Below are positions 60,096 to 64,000 of a DNA stretch of 64,000 nucleotides, piece after piece. The position numbers and the translations under genes are program-made. The notes below the pieces were generated by a model. It was not told the origin of the DNA. It did no database searches and worked only from the letters and a program-made list of their open reading frames with translations. Origin of the DNA: an uncultured Selenomonas sp. (GTDB lineage Bacteria; Bacillota; Negativicutes; Selenomonadales; Selenomonadaceae); the NCBI GenBank assembly GCA_902780535.1, contig CACZFT010000009.1, forward strand, positions 10,900 through 74,899. The letters run 5' to 3'. How positions within the stretch are numbered: position 1 is the stretch's first letter; every line of letters starts with the position of its first letter.

Positions 60096-61274
60096 TCAAA
60101 TCTCCTTCGCCAGCTCCTGCATCTTGATACGCGCCCGCGCTTCTTTCCGTTTCATCGCATAATACTTCTTCCGCTCGCTATAGAATCTCCAGCACAGCAG
60201 CATCCCGGCCCCCGCCATATACACGAGGAACGCGCCGAACAACGCCGAGATGTCCGAGAGCCCCGCGCCACGCGCGATGATGTCGCGCTGGAAATGGAAC
60301 TCCCATGTCAGCGGGAACACATGCGAGAAATGCACGACCCAGTCCGAATAATATGTCACCGGCCCCGTCATGCCGCCGAGGATGAAGCCGCCCGGGATGA
60401 AAAGAATCATGCGGCTCGATGCGATGCCAGGGTTCGCCGCCGTCCAGCCGAACGTCACACTCAGCATGCCGACCGTCATCACGTAAAAAAGCTGCGTGAA
60501 CAGGAACGTCAGCAGGCTCCCCGAAAAATTCAGGTCGCCCCAGACGCGCAGCACCGCCATGCCGACGACAAACGACACGAGCAGGCAGCCCGCATACGGC
60601 ACGATGCGCGCCACGAGCTCCCACGGCGTCCCCTTTTCCATCATCCGATCCATCTCATGCGTCAGCCGCAGCCGCGGCCCCATGCCGATGGTCGCGAACG
60701 TGAAGAACATCGACCCGAAGAAGAACAGGAAGCCCAGCGTCTCCGTGTTGCTCGTCGATTCCTGCGGGTTGAACAGCTTGCGGTCGGCGAGCTGCACCTG
60801 CCCCGCGACGCTGTCGTTCGTCGAGCCCACATCGCCTGACGCCGCCGCATTGTCGAGCGCCAAGAGCTCATTGAGCGCTTCCTTGATGTTCGCCGTCTGC
60901 GCCGTGTTCGTGTTGTCATAGTACACGCCGATGTTTGACGCCGAGCCCGTGAAACGGTTCTTTTCGAGGTCGCGCGGGAAATACACGACGGCCACGGCCT
61001 TGTCCTCATAGAACAGCGTCTTCGGATCAACCGGCGTATTCAGCACCGCCGTCACCTGCATGTACTCCGATGCATCGATGCGCGTCGTGAGCTCCCGCGT
61101 ATACGCGCTGTTGTCGAGGTCGATGATCACGACCTTCGCGTCCTTCGCGAAATTGCCCGACAGCAGCACAGAAAGAATCACCGTCACCACCATCGCCACT
61201 AAGAGACACACTTTTTCGTATGGCATCCCTCGGCCAGAGAACAAAAACTTGATTTCACTCTTTAGTGCTTCCAA
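60096..61274 (-). CDS. ABC-2-type transporter permease
   Basis: 392 aa. N-terminal TM, a large extracytoplasmic domain, then five C-terminal TMs. Downstream of a HlyD-family gene. Confidence 0.75.
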   Translation of the reverse strand: MEALKSEIKFLFSGRGMPYEKVCLLVAMVVTVILSVLLSGNFAKDAKVVIIDLDNSAYTRELTTRIDASEYMQVTAVLNTPVDPKTLFYEDKAVAVVYFPRDLEKNRFTGSASNIGVYYDNTNTAQTANIKEALNELLALDNAAASGDVGSTNDSVAGQVQLADRKLFNPQESTSNTETLGFLFFFGSMFFTFATIGMGPRLRLTHEMDRMMEKGTPWELVARIVPYAGCLLVSFVVGMAVLRVWGDLNFSGSLLTFLFTQLFYVMTVGMLSVTFGWTAANPGIASSRMILFIPGGFILGGMTGPVTYYSDWVVHFSHVFPLTWEFHFQRDIIARGAGLSDISALFGAFLVYMAGAGMLLCWRFYSERKKYYAMKRKEARARIKMQELAKEI

Positions 61275-61418
61275 AATTTATTTTCTCCCCCCTCGCACCC
61301 GCGGAAGGAATGCTGTACGCATTTGCTTTGCCGTACAAGGGACTCCCCCCGCCCTTCGGGCCCGTCCCCCCTCTAGAAGGGGGCTGCTGTATAAGTTGCG
61401 GTCAGCAATAAAAGGTTC

Positions 61419-61531
61419 CTTCGAGCGGCAAGGGGGCTTTCATAAGAAATCCGTTTGAATGACCAACGGGAATGGTCCGGATTTCGTTGGAAGCCCCCTT
61501 GCCGCCGATCACGCACTTCCTTCGCGGACGC
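61419..61531 (-). repeat. structured intergenic repeat, copy B (starts 1 nt after the HlyD gene stop)
   Basis: Stems GCGGCAAGGGGGCTT/AAGCCCCCTTGCCGC, GAAATCCG/CGGATTTC and GACCA/TGGTC. Confidence 0.7.
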
Positions 61532-61532
61532 C

Positions 61533-62570
61533 TTACCACCCTTTCACTCCAATGGTCATGCCCGGAACCACGCCTTCCATCGGCTCGATGTAGATGCGCA
61601 CCTGGAACGCCGAGAGGTCAGCCTGCCCTTTCTCACGCGACTGCTTGAGGTCTGCAAAGCCCGGCGCCTGCGTTAAGAGCTGCACCGTGCCCCTGACCTC
61701 CTTCTTGCCTGCGACCGTCACGCCCGTGACCTCGTCGCCTTCATGCAAGCCTGCGGCCTGCTCTTCCGAAAGATAGACATCATAATAGCTGCGGTTGCTT
61801 TCGAGCAGCACGACCGGCGTGCCCGCCTGCACCATCTCGCCCTCCTTCGAGAGGACTTTGAGCACCTTTCCATCTTCCGGCGCGCGCAGCGTCAGACGTT
61901 CCTTCTGCGTCTCAAGCTCTTCGAGCTGTACGACGAGCGCCTGCCGCTGGCTTTCGAGCGCCGACACATCATTGCTCATGTTCGCTGCGCTCGCGCGTTC
62001 CTGCGCAATCGTCGGCAGCGCAATGCCGTCCGTCGCGCCCGTGTCCTGCGCGCCTGCGAGCAGTTTGTCGAGGAGCTGCTGCTGCTGCTCCACGGCCGCC
62101 TGCGCCACATTGAGCGTCATCGTCGCATCGTCGAGCTGCGACTGCGCAATCGCGCCCGCCTCCGAAACCGCCGCGCGCTGCTGGTCGATCTGGCGGAACG
62201 ACTGCGTCTCGTCATTGTCGGCTTTCAGATAGTTCACGGCCTGCGAGCCCGACGTCGAAGCGATCTGCGCATCAATCTGCGCAATCTGCGCCTTCGTCTT
62301 CTTGATGGCGAGGTCTGTATCCTTCGCATCGAGCTTCATGACGACATCGCCCTTCTTCACGACATCGCCCTCCGTCACGTTCACCTTGATCAAGCGGCCG
62401 CTGACGGAATGAAACGCCATCTTCACCTGCTCCGCCGTCAGGATGCCCTCCTTCTCTGCAGCGCCGAGCGCCACCGCATCATTGCCGCGATACATCAGCA
62501 CCGCCCCGCCGATCAGGAGCAGCGCGAGAAACAACAGCCCCGTCCGCTCCGCTTTCTGCCTTGCATTCAT
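61533..62570 (-). CDS. HlyD-family membrane fusion (efflux adaptor) protein
   Basis: 345 aa. N-terminal TM, lipoyl-like hairpin, long coiled coil, beta-barrel tail. Confidence 0.8.
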   Translation of the reverse strand: MNARQKAERTGLLFLALLLIGGAVLMYRGNDAVALGAAEKEGILTAEQVKMAFHSVSGRLIKVNVTEGDVVKKGDVVMKLDAKDTDLAIKKTKAQIAQIDAQIASTSGSQAVNYLKADNDETQSFRQIDQQRAAVSEAGAIAQSQLDDATMTLNVAQAAVEQQQQLLDKLLAGAQDTGATDGIALPTIAQERASAANMSNDVSALESQRQALVVQLEELETQKERLTLRAPEDGKVLKVLSKEGEMVQAGTPVVLLESNRSYYDVYLSEEQAAGLHEGDEVTGVTVAGKKEVRGTVQLLTQAPGFADLKQSREKGQADLSAFQVRIYIEPMEGVVPGMTIGVKGW

Positions 62571-62829
62571 AATAAAATCTTCCTCCCTTTATGATTCGTA
62601 TACTAACTATTATGGTAAAGACCGCTCACCCTCAGGCCCCCTCATGAGGGGGCTGTCAGCGCAGCTGACTGGGGGAGTAGTTGGATGCTGGAGACAAACA
62701 CATATGCGGAAGGTCGCTAAAGGACTTTAGCAATGCCTGTCTTCTTGTCAGGACTCAGCATCCTACTACTCCCACCACCGCTTCGCGGTCCCCCTCCCTC
62801 TAGAGGGAGGCTGGAATTTGAGCACTCGG

Positions 62830-63315
62830 TTATTCCCCCGCCAACTTCCTCAGCAGCCGAATCAATTCTTCCTGTTCGCTGCGCGTCAATTTCTCCATGA
62901 GCTTCGTGACGCGCAGATAATGCGGCGGCAAAAGCTCGTTCATGAACGTGCGCCCTTTCTGCGTCAGCCGCACGCGCTTCGATCTGCGATCCTGCGGGTC
63001 TTCCTCCAGCACGACATCACCGGCCTTTTCCAGCCGCTGCAGCATCGTGCTGATTGTCGCCCGTGCGACGCCGACATGCGCCGCGAGCTCCGATGGCGCG
63101 ATGCCTTGCGGATGCTGGTGCAAGACAATCAGCACGCAGAACTTTCCTTCTGACAGATGGTAGTCCCTTTGCAGCACATCGAGAATCTGCTCCGCAACCT
63201 GCTCGCCCGCCTGCCGGATTTCCAGCATCGCGATGACCGATGCCGGATCGATTTCCGGCACGACCTTCTTGTGCGCCTCCAGCTCCGCCATCGTCGGCAT
63301 GCTTTCCCGCCGCAT
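62830..63315 (-). CDS. MarR-family transcriptional regulator
   Basis: 161 aa. The winged-helix segment ELAAHVGVARATISTMLQRLEKAGDVVLEEDPQDRRSKRVRLT. Confidence 0.8.
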   Translation of the reverse strand: MRRESMPTMAELEAHKKVVPEIDPASVIAMLEIRQAGEQVAEQILDVLQRDYHLSEGKFCVLIVLHQHPQGIAPSELAAHVGVARATISTMLQRLEKAGDVVLEEDPQDRRSKRVRLTQKGRTFMNELLPPHYLRVTKLMEKLTRSEQEELIRLLRKLAGE

Positions 63316-63440
63316 CGCATCGCTCCCCTTTGTCTCTTAAATCATTAGTAAGCTAACTATCTAGCAGTATAAAACGAAATCCCCCAAAAGTCAACCAGCT
63401 TTCAGGGGACTATCGTCAAAAATCTTGCGGAAAAAATCTG

Positions 63441-64000
63441 TCAGCTTTCGCGGAAACGATACCCTGCCCCCCAGACGGTCTCGATGTAAATCGGATGTGC
63501 GGGGTCGGGCTCGATGCGGCTGCGGATGCGGTTGACGTGAACCATGACGGTCGCCGTGTCGCCGATGGCGTCGAGGCCCCAGACGTGCTCGAAGAGCTGC
63601 TCTTTCGAGAAAACGATGCCGGGATGCTCGGCGAGGAACGTCAGGAGCTCATATTCCTTGTTCGGGAGCGTGAGTTCTTTCTTGCCGAGGAAGACGCGGT
63701 GCGAGAGGCGTTCGATGCGCAGCTCGCCGCGCACGAGCTCCTGCGATGGAGCGGCCGCCTCGGCTGCGCCTGTTTCCGCACCCTGCCGCAGGACGCGCTC
63801 GTAGCGCGTGATGTGCGATTTCACGCGGGCGATGAGCTCGCCGGGCGAGAACGGCTTCGTGATGTAGTCGTCGGCACCGAGGCCGAGGCCGCGGATTTTG
63901 TCGATGTCTTCGCCGCGCGCCGAGACGATGAGGACGGGCACCTCGCTCTTCGCGCGGATGTCGCGGCAGATGGCGAAGCCGTCGCGCCCCGGCAGCATGA
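63441..64000 (-). CDS. OmpR-family response regulator, N-terminus beyond window edge
   Basis: Receiver-domain end (LPGRDGFAICRDIR...VLIVSARGEDIDKIRGLGLGADDYITKPF) plus the winged-helix output (LTLPNKEYELLTFLAEHPG...ETVWGAGYRF). Confidence 0.85.
   Translation of the reverse strand, partial: MLPGRDGFAICRDIRAKSEVPVLIVSARGEDIDKIRGLGLGADDYITKPFSPGELIARVKSHITRYERVLRQGAETGAAEAAAPSQELVRGELRIERLSHRVFLGKKELTLPNKEYELLTFLAEHPGIVFSKEQLFEHVWGLDAIGDTATVMVHVNRIRSRIEPDPAHPIYIETVWGAGYRFRES

Noticed and set aside
1-64000. tRNA, rRNA, CRISPR arrays or IS elements
   Set aside because: I saw no cloverleaf-type GGTTCGAATCC-like T-arm contexts, no rRNA-like stretches, no regularly spaced direct repeats and no transposase-like translations. 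A computational scan (tRNAscan, CRISPR finders) is still advisable.

Overview
High-GC (by eye about 55-60%), Firmicutes-style chromosome segment with strong GGAGG ribosome-binding sites; no taxon can be assigned from the sequence alone. Almost all genes are on the minus strand.

Host DNA, left, about 1-14.7 kb: a GPH-family sugar symporter cut by the window edge, iolE and iolG, a small type I toxin-like locus, an AAA-ATPase/PD-(D/E)XK protein, an amino-sugar cluster (nagA, PTS EIICB, nanE, nagB, RpiR-family regulator), a Cache-HAMP-GGDEF protein, and an M48/TPR peptidase whose signal peptide sits in a different reading frame from the body.

Prophage, about 14.8-58.9 kb (roughly 44 kb): lambda-like packaging and head genes (Nu1-like small terminase, GpA terminase, gpW, portal, ClpP-like protease, decoration protein, gpE-type capsid) joined to a P2/Mu-like contractile tail (sheath, tube, E/E' chaperone with a slippery site, tape measure, X, D, V, W, J, I, fibres).

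The main finding is a complete diversity-generating retroelement (DGR) embedded in the tail-fibre module. It consists of a lectin-fold target protein with a C-terminal variable repeat (VR), an Avd accessory protein, a template repeat (TR) and a reverse transcriptase (RT). TR and VR are each 117 bp and differ at 14 positions, all at TR adenines.

Other prophage content:
- a four-ORF lysis cassette
- an early region with an HUH Rep, a resolvase, and DUF3102, PcfJ and PcfK-like genes
- a cI/cro-type switch
- a cargo island: RhuM, two unknown genes, and hicA with two hicB genes, bounded by a thrice-repeated hairpin element
- a large serine recombinase that looks disrupted

Host DNA, right: a second small-toxin locus (Hol-Tox-like), Usp, a MarR/HlyD/ABC-2 efflux operon carrying structured intergenic repeats with compensatory changes, and a partial OmpR-type response regulator.

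Three ORFs (M48 peptidase, PcfJ, integrase) appear frame-disrupted, so assembly errors need to be excluded. I found no rRNA, tRNA or CRISPR arrays. All family assignments are from reading the translations by eye, not from searches.
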